IMG/VR virus record: IMGVR_UViG_3300020379_000575
Coordinates: 1 to 25,220 of that record
Reading direction: 5' to 3' (one strand)
From: a virus
Lineage: Duplodnaviria; Caudoviricetes
DNA: 25,220 nucleotides
Shown piece after piece: positions 1 to 7,957 of this stretch. The notes under the pieces are model-generated. The model had not been told where the DNA came from. It saw only the letters and a list, made by a program, of their open reading frames with translations, and searched no databases. The position numbers and the translations under genes are program-made. Every line of letters starts with the position of its first letter. Position 1 is the stretch's first letter.

Positions 1-1
1 A

Positions 2-235
2 GTGTTTGATAAAGCTAATGAAGCTTACTTCTTCAGTCATCAAGAGAGTTCTAGGCAAAAAACATCAATAGTTAGTGTACTACACAGTGCTGACTTCCTT
101 GCCTCTAAGGTTGAATACGATATTTGGAAGAAAAACGGTGGTAACACTATGGCAAAAAGACAAAAAACCAAATCTACTACAGGTAAACGTGTAAATGCAT
201 CACAAGGCCTTAGTAATATGTTAAAAAATCTATAA
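2..235 (+). CDS. C-terminal part of a putative HD-domain phosphohydrolase (5'-truncated by the window)
   Basis: The frame is open from the window edge. 'VLHSADFLAS' resembles the distal H..AD motif of HD hydrolases and is followed by a basic tail. Confidence 0.5.
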   Translation: MFDKANEAYFFSHQESSRQKTSIVSVLHSADFLASKVEYDIWKKNGGNTMAKRQKTKSTTGKRVNASQGLSNMLKNL

Positions 236-556
236 ATGCAAGAATATTTCACCATATATAACATTATTTTCGTGCTTTTAGTTGCCTTTTTATTTATTTT
301 TAGTTATATTTTACGAAATCTCCTACTTAAGGTAGAGAAGTACGAGGATATCTTAGAAAATCAAACTAAGTTTTTAGAGACTCTATCAGAAACCATTGAA
401 AAAGGTGACCAACACTTGAAAAAACTTGACGAACGAGGGGTCTTTCAGTCAGATGATGAAGTTGGTGAGTTTTTTACTAATATGAAAAAAGTGCAAGACG
501 ATATAAACCGTTTTTCACTCCCCACAGATTATGCCAAGGAAAAAATCCAAAGCTAA
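236..556 (+). CDS. Hypothetical membrane protein (N-terminal TM helix plus coiled coil)
   Basis: Hydrophobic stretch IIFVLLVAFLFIFSYIL is followed by a charged helical region. It abuts the upstream stop and overlaps the next gene. Confidence 0.7.
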   Translation: MQEYFTIYNIIFVLLVAFLFIFSYILRNLLLKVEKYEDILENQTKFLETLSETIEKGDQHLKKLDERGVFQSDDEVGEFFTNMKKVQDDINRFSLPTDYAKEKIQS

Positions 557-1235
557 CTATTTTACAAAAGAAACCGAAGACTATATAGTCAAATATAATA
601 CCTCTACCGACTCAGACTACAGAGCTAAAATATTTACAGACCACATATACCTACCCTTCTATAAGTTAGCAGAGAATATTATACATACTTTTAAGTTTTA
701 CTACACCGATGTTGAAAGAATAGAAGATCTCAAACATGAGATCGTTTCTGTTTTGTTAGAAGAGAAGATCATGAAGTTTGACCCTACTAATGGAGCAAAA
801 GCATACTCTTATTTTGGTACTATAGTAAAAAGATGGCTTATTAACTACAATAATAAGAACTATAAAAGACTAAAACAGATTGGTTCTTTCTCAGATATAG
901 AAGAATCATATGAGAATACCATTAAGTATGAGTCATCCACAGGAGTTACTTTAGCTAACTTGCTAGACGACTGGATAGAAGAAGTTTATGAAGAGTTAGA
1001 TGAACTATTTAATAAAATACAAGATAAGCAGATTGCAGATGCAGTTCTCACAATATTTAAAACTAGACATGATCTAGATTTATTTAAAAAGAAAGCCCTA
1101 TACATTTATATTAGAGAAATGACTGATTGTGAGACTCCTCACTTAACAAAAGTTATTTCAGTTCTTAAAGAACATTGGATTAAAAAGTATCAATACTACT
1201 ACGACGAAGGTCTTATTTCAAATAATCCTCAGTAA
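531..1235 (+). CDS. Phage late-transcription sigma factor, T4 gp55-like
   Basis: N-terminal 'KANYFTKE' and sigma region-2-like 'KFDPTNGAKAYSYFGTIVKRWLI' resemble the gp55 FDP...AYFT pattern. It is 234 aa and lies directly before the structural module. Confidence 0.75.
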   Translation: MPRKKSKANYFTKETEDYIVKYNTSTDSDYRAKIFTDHIYLPFYKLAENIIHTFKFYYTDVERIEDLKHEIVSVLLEEKIMKFDPTNGAKAYSYFGTIVKRWLINYNNKNYKRLKQIGSFSDIEESYENTIKYESSTGVTLANLLDDWIEEVYEELDELFNKIQDKQIADAVLTIFKTRHDLDLFKKKALYIYIREMTDCETPHLTKVISVLKEHWIKKYQYYYDEGLISNNPQ

Positions 1236-1238
1236 CTC

Positions 1239-1246
1239 TATTTATA
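1239..1246 (+). promoter_or_regulatory. Putative late promoter TATTTATA
   Basis: The octamer sits in a 23-nt intergenic gap, 12 nt before ATG 1259. The same octamer recurs in other gaps. Confidence 0.6.
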
Positions 1247-1258
1247 ATAAAACTTATT

Positions 1259-1627
1259 ATGGGTTTAGATAAAGAAATATTTAACGGAAAAACTCTATCT
1301 GATCTCTTTTCAGAAATACATGATAACTCTACTACAACTAGAGCTCAAGTAAAAGCATTAATAGGAGAACTTAAACCTCTTATAGAAAACATAGGAGACG
1401 CTACTTTAATAGTTCCTATGATAAAAGAGTACATGGAAATAGGAGTTAAAAATGATGAAGCTCTTATTAAACTAGCTACTATTGTTCAAAGAATAGAAAC
1501 AGCTAATGCTAAAGGAGATGGATCAGATATGTTTGACTTTTCAGAACTTCAAGATTTATTAGAAGAATCTGAAGAAGTTAAAAACGAAATAGAAACAAAA
1601 GAAGAAGAGCAGGAAGATGGCATTTAG
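1259..1627 (+). CDS. Hypothetical helical, acidic phage protein
   Basis: 122-aa ORF with typical codon usage, downstream of TATTTATA. Confidence 0.75.
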   Translation: MGLDKEIFNGKTLSDLFSEIHDNSTTTRAQVKALIGELKPLIENIGDATLIVPMIKEYMEIGVKNDEALIKLATIVQRIETANAKGDGSDMFDFSELQDLLEESEEVKNEIETKEEEQEDGI

Positions 1628-2774
1628 TACCGGTTTTATGCAGGGTAGAGGTTCTTCTGCAGCAGCAGGAGGTGGAGGAAGTGCTCCTCCTAGTACTTTT
1701 GCTCGTGTAGTAGATGTATTAACTGATTCATTTCATCCTAAGTATGAAGACTATGGAGGTTCTCAAGCTATTAATGGAGTGTTCTATAGATCATTATCTG
1801 GTGCAAAAAAAGAAGAAGATGATACTCAACTAAGGTTTGCTTTTTGTGCTGATGCAAATGTAAAGAGAGTACCACTCAAAAGTGAAATAGTAGAGATAGT
1901 ATCCTTACCCTCCGAAAGAAGAAGTACAGGTCCTAGTTCTACTAAACCATATTGGAGACAAGTAGTACCAATGTGGAATCATCCACATCATAACGGATAC
2001 CCAGACACCGTTCAGTTTGAAGATCAACAAAGCCAAGCAGAGTTTGGTGATCATTTCGAAGAAACAGACAAAGTAAACCCTCTTCAACTATTTCCAGGAG
2101 ACATATCCATCGAAGGTAGACATGGTCAATCCATAAGAATGACTGGTACTAAGTACGATTCTAATATTTGGATAGATGATAGTAATAACGGAGAGCCACT
2201 TACTATAATACGTAATGGTCAAAAAGAAGCAGAATCAGGAGATGAATCTGTTTTAGAAGATATTAATGAAGATAAGTCATCTATTTACTTAACATCAGAT
2301 CATACAGTAGAGTTAGAACAAGCTAACATAAAAAGAGAGAGTTGGAAAGATGAACCTGAAAAAGCAGATAAGTTTAAAGGCTCTCAAGTAATCATTAACT
2401 CTGGAAGATTATATTTTAACGCATACGATGAACATACCCTTATATCAGCTAAAGAAGGTATTGGTTTAAATGCTAAGACAGTGTCTTTGGATGGAGAAGA
2501 ATATATTGGATTAGATGCTAAGAAGATTTACTTAGGAGCAGCAGCTCTTAAAAAAGAACATGAACCTGTACTCAAAGGAAAAACTTCTACAACTTGGTTA
2601 AATGACTTAACTAAACAGGTTAAAACTTTAGCAGATACAATGGCTAAACTACCTCCAGCACCCCCAGCTGCAATAGCTAAACTTATTGTTACCGGTAATA
2701 CTGTATTACCATTATTAGAAGTTCTTATCAATAAATTACCCCAACTTCACTCTAAAAAAGTATTTACTGAATAA
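1617..2774 (+). CDS. Putative baseplate hub/central spike protein (gp5/gpV-like)
   Basis: N-terminal OB-fold-like segment (FARVVDV...PLKSEIVEIV), 'GDISIEGRHGQSIR', and a beta-rich C-terminus (VIINSGRLYFNA...IYLG...EPVLKG). It lies upstream of the gp25/gp6-like genes. Confidence 0.55.
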   Translation: MAFSTGFMQGRGSSAAAGGGGSAPPSTFARVVDVLTDSFHPKYEDYGGSQAINGVFYRSLSGAKKEEDDTQLRFAFCADANVKRVPLKSEIVEIVSLPSERRSTGPSSTKPYWRQVVPMWNHPHHNGYPDTVQFEDQQSQAEFGDHFEETDKVNPLQLFPGDISIEGRHGQSIRMTGTKYDSNIWIDDSNNGEPLTIIRNGQKEAESGDESVLEDINEDKSSIYLTSDHTVELEQANIKRESWKDEPEKADKFKGSQVIINSGRLYFNAYDEHTLISAKEGIGLNAKTVSLDGEEYIGLDAKKIYLGAAALKKEHEPVLKGKTSTTWLNDLTKQVKTLADTMAKLPPAPPAAIAKLIVTGNTVLPLLEVLINKLPQLHSKKVFTE

Positions 2775-3913
2775 TGGCATACGTACACCTCAAAGAACAG
2801 AAAATGGGAGCAGCTATCGCCAAGATAGTTGGTAAACTGAAAGGTAAAATATCTGCTAATGCTATCAGTCAAACTATAAACATAGCTAATAGTTTAAGAA
2901 GCGAAGGATGCCCTTCTTCTGACAAGTTAGGAAGACTTCAAAATCAAGCCGCAGGTATAAGTAATGCTTTAGGAGGAATAGATAGAAGGTTATCAAAGTT
3001 TAAAAAACTACCTAAAAAACTTAAACCGCCTGTTAAAGGGTTAAAAGCTATTATAAAGATTATTACTTCACTTCCTATACCACAATCAGTACCACCTGGC
3101 TTTGGTCTACCATTATTAATAACAACTAAATATTCAGATTTATTAGTTAAGATAAGAGAGTTTGTAGTACAGATAGAAGAAATCATTGGTACTATAGAAG
3201 CAGTTTTAGACTCAACCTCTTCTTCGCTGTCAGCAACTTTAGATATAGTTAGTAGAGCTGATAACGCTGTTACATCATGTGTTATATCAAAACAGTTAGA
3301 AGATGAGCTTAACAACGGTAATATATCAGAAGAAGAGTTAGATGATGCTGGATTATTAGATGAAGATGGTATTTTAATATTTTCTACTTTAGGTCCTACT
3401 TTTATAGGAAATGGTAATCTTACCGAAGATGGTATTACTAACCCTAAAAAACTATGTACTGAAGATCAAATAAAAACTGGTGATACCGCTAACTGTTTAA
3501 TAGCAGGAACAGGATCAGGCACAGATGGTAGATTCAATGAGAATGATTTTGATACTGATAATCCAGATGCTGCACTAGCTGCACTCGCTGATGGGTTAAA
3601 TAAGTTACAAGATAGTAATATAAGTGATGATGCTAAAAATAACATTAAAAAACTATTAGATAAAATAAACGATAGTAAGCAAGACGATAGTGGAGAAGAT
3701 TTAGATTTCAACTATCTTGCTGCTAATGGTATAAAATACTTGTTAGAGATACAAAAAGATCCTAACTCACCTGCTATTGCACCAAAAAGATTTGCAGTAG
3801 CTAAAACAATAGATGAAGGAGTAGCCGTGTTAAAAGGGCAATCCTCATTTAGTTCTGATGTAAATGTACTTTTAGATGAAGTAAAATTTAGATTAGATAA
3901 TCAACTTCCATAA
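2774..3913 (+). CDS. Hypothetical protein, probably baseplate-associated
   Basis: 379-aa ORF coupled by TAATG within the baseplate operon. Helical basic N-half and acidic C-half. Confidence 0.65.
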   Translation: MAYVHLKEQKMGAAIAKIVGKLKGKISANAISQTINIANSLRSEGCPSSDKLGRLQNQAAGISNALGGIDRRLSKFKKLPKKLKPPVKGLKAIIKIITSLPIPQSVPPGFGLPLLITTKYSDLLVKIREFVVQIEEIIGTIEAVLDSTSSSLSATLDIVSRADNAVTSCVISKQLEDELNNGNISEEELDDAGLLDEDGILIFSTLGPTFIGNGNLTEDGITNPKKLCTEDQIKTGDTANCLIAGTGSGTDGRFNENDFDTDNPDAALAALADGLNKLQDSNISDDAKNNIKKLLDKINDSKQDDSGEDLDFNYLAANGIKYLLEIQKDPNSPAIAPKRFAVAKTIDEGVAVLKGQSSFSSDVNVLLDEVKFRLDNQLP

Positions 3914-3919
3914 CTAAAC

Positions 3920-3927
3920 TATTTATA
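3920..3927 (+). promoter_or_regulatory. Putative late promoter TATTTATA
   Basis: The octamer sits in a 17-nt intergenic gap, 3 nt before ATG 3931. Confidence 0.5.
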
Positions 3928-3930
3928 TAT

Positions 3931-4353
3931 ATGAAACTCGAACTATTAAAAAAAATTATACGAGAAGAAGTAAGAGCTGCTGTTAAGGAGGAGTTACAAG
4001 AAATGTTAACTGAAGCAGTTAAAGTAGCAAGTACTCCCACTAAACAAGTATCTCAAACTTATGCTGAAGTACCTAAAGGTCAACCAAAAAAATGGTCTGT
4101 AGGTAAAAGTGCAACACTTGATGAAATGTTAAATGCTACTAAAGCTGAAATGACTGGTCAAGAAGCAGCTAACTTTATAGGTCAAGGCGTACAAAAACCA
4201 AACTTTGCATCTATGATGTCTACTCAAATGACTAAGGAACATAAAGGTCCTATGCCAGGTATTGATATCACAAAACTTGATTTTGTAGGAAAAGCAAAAT
4301 CTATATTAGATGCATCAATGAAAAAAGATAAAAATAAAGCAGGTACATTATAA
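3931..4353 (+). CDS. Hypothetical protein with N-terminal MKLxxLKxIIREE peptide
   Basis: 140-aa ORF whose N-terminus resembles those of the small proteins at 17371-19330. Confidence 0.75.
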   Translation: MKLELLKKIIREEVRAAVKEELQEMLTEAVKVASTPTKQVSQTYAEVPKGQPKKWSVGKSATLDEMLNATKAEMTGQEAANFIGQGVQKPNFASMMSTQMTKEHKGPMPGIDITKLDFVGKAKSILDASMKKDKNKAGTL

Positions 4354-4760
4354 TGCCAACAGAAGTAAGAAAAATAGATCCATTAGATTTACAGCCTCGT
4401 AAAGCGGTCGGAGTATCTCTACCCTTTTCAGGTAAAGCTGTCTTTAATCAGACATTTCAAACTAGTGAAGCTATAAAAACTAATCTTATTAACTATTTTC
4501 TTACTGCAAGAGGAGAAAGGTATTTGAATCCTTTATTTGGTAATGAACTACAAAACTTGTTATTTGAAAATCTTAATCAAGATACTATAAGAAGAGTAGA
4601 CTCATTAGTAAGAGAAGACCTTAGTATATTTTTTCCAAGAGTAATACCTATAGATATAAGTACTGTAGGTGATCCTGACACAGGAACTATTCAGTTTTCT
4701 ATAAAATATAAAGTATCTGAAACTAATATTGAAGATGAAGTAGTAATAAACTTTGATTAA
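4353..4760 (+). CDS. Baseplate wedge / sheath initiator, gp25-like (GPW_gp25)
   Basis: 'AIKTNLINYFLTARGERYLNPLFGNELQNLLFE' matches the gp25 GER...P.FG..L..LLFE signature. 135 aa. Confidence 0.9.
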   Translation: MPTEVRKIDPLDLQPRKAVGVSLPFSGKAVFNQTFQTSEAIKTNLINYFLTARGERYLNPLFGNELQNLLFENLNQDTIRRVDSLVREDLSIFFPRVIPIDISTVGDPDTGTIQFSIKYKVSETNIEDEVVINFD

Positions 4761-4762
4761 AA

Positions 4763-6580
4763 ATGGCTGAAACAAGAGACATAAAGTATATTAATAAAGA
4801 GTTTGGTGATTTTAAGAACCAGCTTATAGAGTATGCTAAAAACTACTTTCCCGATGCATACAATGACTTTAGTCCGTCATCACCTGGACTTATGTTTATT
4901 GAGATGGCAGCCTATGTAGGTGATGTATTATCTTTTTATCAAGATACACAACTTCAAGAAACATTCTTGCAGCATGCAAAAAATCCATCTAATCTATATT
5001 CATTAGCTTATATGATGGGTTACAAACCAAAAGTAAGCACACCAGCTGAAACTACATTAACTGTAACTCAAAACGTTGCTGCTACAGCAGGCTTTACTCC
5101 TAACTGGAATCAAGCATTAAAAGTTAATGACTCAGCTGTTATTACTTCTAATACTGACGGCAGACCTACCTTCTTAACAAATAAACCGGTAGATTTTACA
5201 TTTAGTAGCTCATTCGATCCAACTGATGTTAAAATATACTCAGTAGATGAAAATGGTAAACCAGCAGAGTTTACTTTAACTAAATCAGTTAAAGCATTTT
5301 CTGGTACTATTCAATCTACTACAGAGACATACACTACTGCAGAAAAGTTTGCTACCATTAATATAGAAGATCAAAACATTATTAGAGTATTAGATATTGT
5401 TGACAGTGATGGTAAAACATGGACTGAAGTACCATTTTTAGGTCAAGATACAGTATTTAACGAAGAAAGTAATACTAGTACTGATTCTAATCTTGCTCCT
5501 AATAAACTTAAAGTAAAGAAAGTACCAAGAAGATTTGTAACTAGATTTACATCTAAGGGAGTTCTACAAATACAGTTCGGTTCTGGTATATCAGGAGGTA
5601 ACGAAGATTCTTTCCTACCTGATCCTTTTAGAACTGATAACAGTATAACTGATGGTACTGGAGTAGGAGAACTATATAAAGCATATGATCCATCTAACTT
5701 CTTGTTTACAAGTACTTATGGACTAGCTCCTACTAACATAACATTAACTATAAGATATTTGACTGGAGGAGGTACATCTGCTAATGTTCCTTCTAATACC
5801 ATTAACTCTATTACTACTGCTACATCTACAGCTACTGATACAACTTATCAAGCTACCTTAGCATTTAATAATACAGAGGCAGCTTTTGGTGGTAAAGATG
5901 GAGATTCAACAGAAGAGTTAAGACAGAATAGTTTAAGATCTTTTGCTGAACAGCAAAGAACAGTAACATTACAAGATTATGCAGTAAGAGCATTATCATT
6001 ACCATCTAGATTTGGTACTATAGCAAAAGTATATGTGACTCAAACTACACCTCCTAATCAAGGTAATAGTTTACTTAGTACTAATCCATTAGCTATATCA
6101 CTTTATACATTAGCATATGATAATAATGGTAATCTAACATCTACACCGTATAGTCTTAAAGAGAACTTAAAAACATATCTATCTCAGTTTACTATGATTG
6201 CAGATGGAGTAAACATATTAGATGCATTTGTAGTGAATATTGGAGTAAAGTTTGAAATAGTAACACTACCTGGTGCTATAACTAGAGATGTATTATTAGA
6301 ATGTAATAGAAAACTAAAAACATTTTTCGATATAAGAAACTGGTCTATCAATCAACCTATCAATCTATCTCCAGCATATACAATATTAGATAATATTAAA
6401 GGAGTACAAACGGTAGAGAGTATAGAAGTGATTAATAAAGTTGGAGGAAACTACTCTGAATACGCTTACGATGTAAAAGGAGCAACAAAAAAGAACGTAG
6501 TTTATCCTTCTTTTGATCCTAGTATATTTGAAGTAAAATATCCTGATACTGATATTGAAGGAAGAGTAACATCATTATAA
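4763..6580 (+). CDS. Baseplate wedge protein, T4 gp6-like (baseplate J family)
   Basis: 'DFSPSSPGLMFIEMAAYVGDVLSFYQD', 'IQFGSG', 'YLTGGGTSAN', 'GGKDGDSTEELR...QQRTVTLQDY' and a terminal 'IFEVKYPDTDI'. Confidence 0.9.
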   Translation: MAETRDIKYINKEFGDFKNQLIEYAKNYFPDAYNDFSPSSPGLMFIEMAAYVGDVLSFYQDTQLQETFLQHAKNPSNLYSLAYMMGYKPKVSTPAETTLTVTQNVAATAGFTPNWNQALKVNDSAVITSNTDGRPTFLTNKPVDFTFSSSFDPTDVKIYSVDENGKPAEFTLTKSVKAFSGTIQSTTETYTTAEKFATINIEDQNIIRVLDIVDSDGKTWTEVPFLGQDTVFNEESNTSTDSNLAPNKLKVKKVPRRFVTRFTSKGVLQIQFGSGISGGNEDSFLPDPFRTDNSITDGTGVGELYKAYDPSNFLFTSTYGLAPTNITLTIRYLTGGGTSANVPSNTINSITTATSTATDTTYQATLAFNNTEAAFGGKDGDSTEELRQNSLRSFAEQQRTVTLQDYAVRALSLPSRFGTIAKVYVTQTTPPNQGNSLLSTNPLAISLYTLAYDNNGNLTSTPYSLKENLKTYLSQFTMIADGVNILDAFVVNIGVKFEIVTLPGAITRDVLLECNRKLKTFFDIRNWSINQPINLSPAYTILDNIKGVQTVESIEVINKVGGNYSEYAYDVKGATKKNVVYPSFDPSIFEVKYPDTDIEGRVTSL

Positions 6581-7626
6581 TGGCAATATTTAGAATATAT
6601 CCCGAAAAAGATACTACTATTTGGTCTGAACCAAACATTAGCAATATATATGGTAATGCTGGTTTAGACGAAATACTAGAGGTTGGTACATATAAAGATA
6701 TAAACGATACTCATAGGGTACAGAGATCACTTATACAGTTCTATACAAGTCAAATACAATCTACTATAAACTCTAAAGTAACAGGTCAGTGGACTGGAAG
6801 TTTACATTTTTCACTAGCTGAAGCAGGTTCCCTTCCAGAAGATTACGTTTTACACGCATTAGCCGTAAATGGAGACTGGACTACAGGTGTAGGTAAAAGA
6901 GATGACTTACCCCTTAACACATCAGGATGTAGTTGGAAGCACAGAGGTGCACAACAAGACGCCTGGACATCACTTGGAGGTGACTATATATCATCTTCTC
7001 TAGCTTTTGTTTCTAAAAGTGTTAAACTTAGTCAAGATTTAGATATAGACGTAACAAGTATAGTACACAGTCATTACTCTAGTTCATACGGGAATGCAGG
7101 TATAATGTTAAAACTATCACCTGATAACGAAAATAACACTACATCATCTATAAACCTTAAGTATTTTGGATCAGATACAAATACTATCTTTCCTCCTTAT
7201 TTAGAGTTCAAATGGGATGATTCCAGTTATAGTAGCTCATTAACTGAGCTGTCTACTGATATAGCAACTATTGGTATAAAAAACCATAAGGAGAAATATG
7301 CTGATACTGACTCTATAAGATTTAGATTATCAGCTAGACCGAAGTATCCTACCAGAACATTTACAACTTCTTCTATTTACCTAACTGAATATAAACTTCC
7401 TCAACTATCATATTGGGGAGTAAAAGACGAATATAGTGGAGAAATGATAGTAGATTTTAGTGACCATACTAAGATAAGCGCAGATAATACGAGTAGCTAT
7501 TTTGACATCTATATGGAATCTTTTCAACCAGAAAGATATTATAGATTGTTAGTTAAAACTACTGTAAGTGATAGTACTATCGTTATAGATAATAAAAATA
7601 TATTCAAGGTAACTAGACATGGCTAA
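6580..7626 (+). CDS. Virion structural protein with DNRLRE-like beta-sandwich domain
   Basis: 'KDTTI...NAGLDEILEVG...RSLIQF...W..G.G...W....GGD...DVTSIV...GIMLK...PPYLEFKW' pattern, within the baseplate operon. Confidence 0.55.
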   Translation: MAIFRIYPEKDTTIWSEPNISNIYGNAGLDEILEVGTYKDINDTHRVQRSLIQFYTSQIQSTINSKVTGQWTGSLHFSLAEAGSLPEDYVLHALAVNGDWTTGVGKRDDLPLNTSGCSWKHRGAQQDAWTSLGGDYISSSLAFVSKSVKLSQDLDIDVTSIVHSHYSSSYGNAGIMLKLSPDNENNTTSSINLKYFGSDTNTIFPPYLEFKWDDSSYSSSLTELSTDIATIGIKNHKEKYADTDSIRFRLSARPKYPTRTFTTSSIYLTEYKLPQLSYWGVKDEYSGEMIVDFSDHTKISADNTSSYFDIYMESFQPERYYRLLVKTTVSDSTIVIDNKNIFKVTRHG

Positions 7627-7957
7627 TGAACTAAGAATATCCAAAACACAACTCGACAAGAAAGATTTAGATAAAGTTATCGATAGATCTTTCAAGACGT
7701 TTGGTCAACCGGACGCTGCAGAAGCAGAGTTTACGGTAGAGGATTTCTTTGTGGAATATGAAAATCTTTTTAATGAAATACCATTAAATGGAAAAACTAA
7801 CTCCCATGAATACCTTATAAAAACTAGTGGAGCATTACTAGAGTTTGATAAAGACACAGAAGATATACAACCTTTATTAGACGAAATAGCTCAACTTAGA
7901 CAACAGTTATTAGAAGCAAATCAAGAGATTATAGATCTACAACAACCAGATGAATAG
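7619..7957 (+). CDS. Hypothetical small structural-operon protein with C-terminal coiled coil
   Basis: 112 aa. Overlaps both neighbours. Heptad tail LLDEIAQLRQQLLEANQEI. Confidence 0.75.
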   Translation: MANELRISKTQLDKKDLDKVIDRSFKTFGQPDAAEAEFTVEDFFVEYENLFNEIPLNGKTNSHEYLIKTSGALLEFDKDTEDIQPLLDEIAQLRQQLLEANQEIIDLQQPDE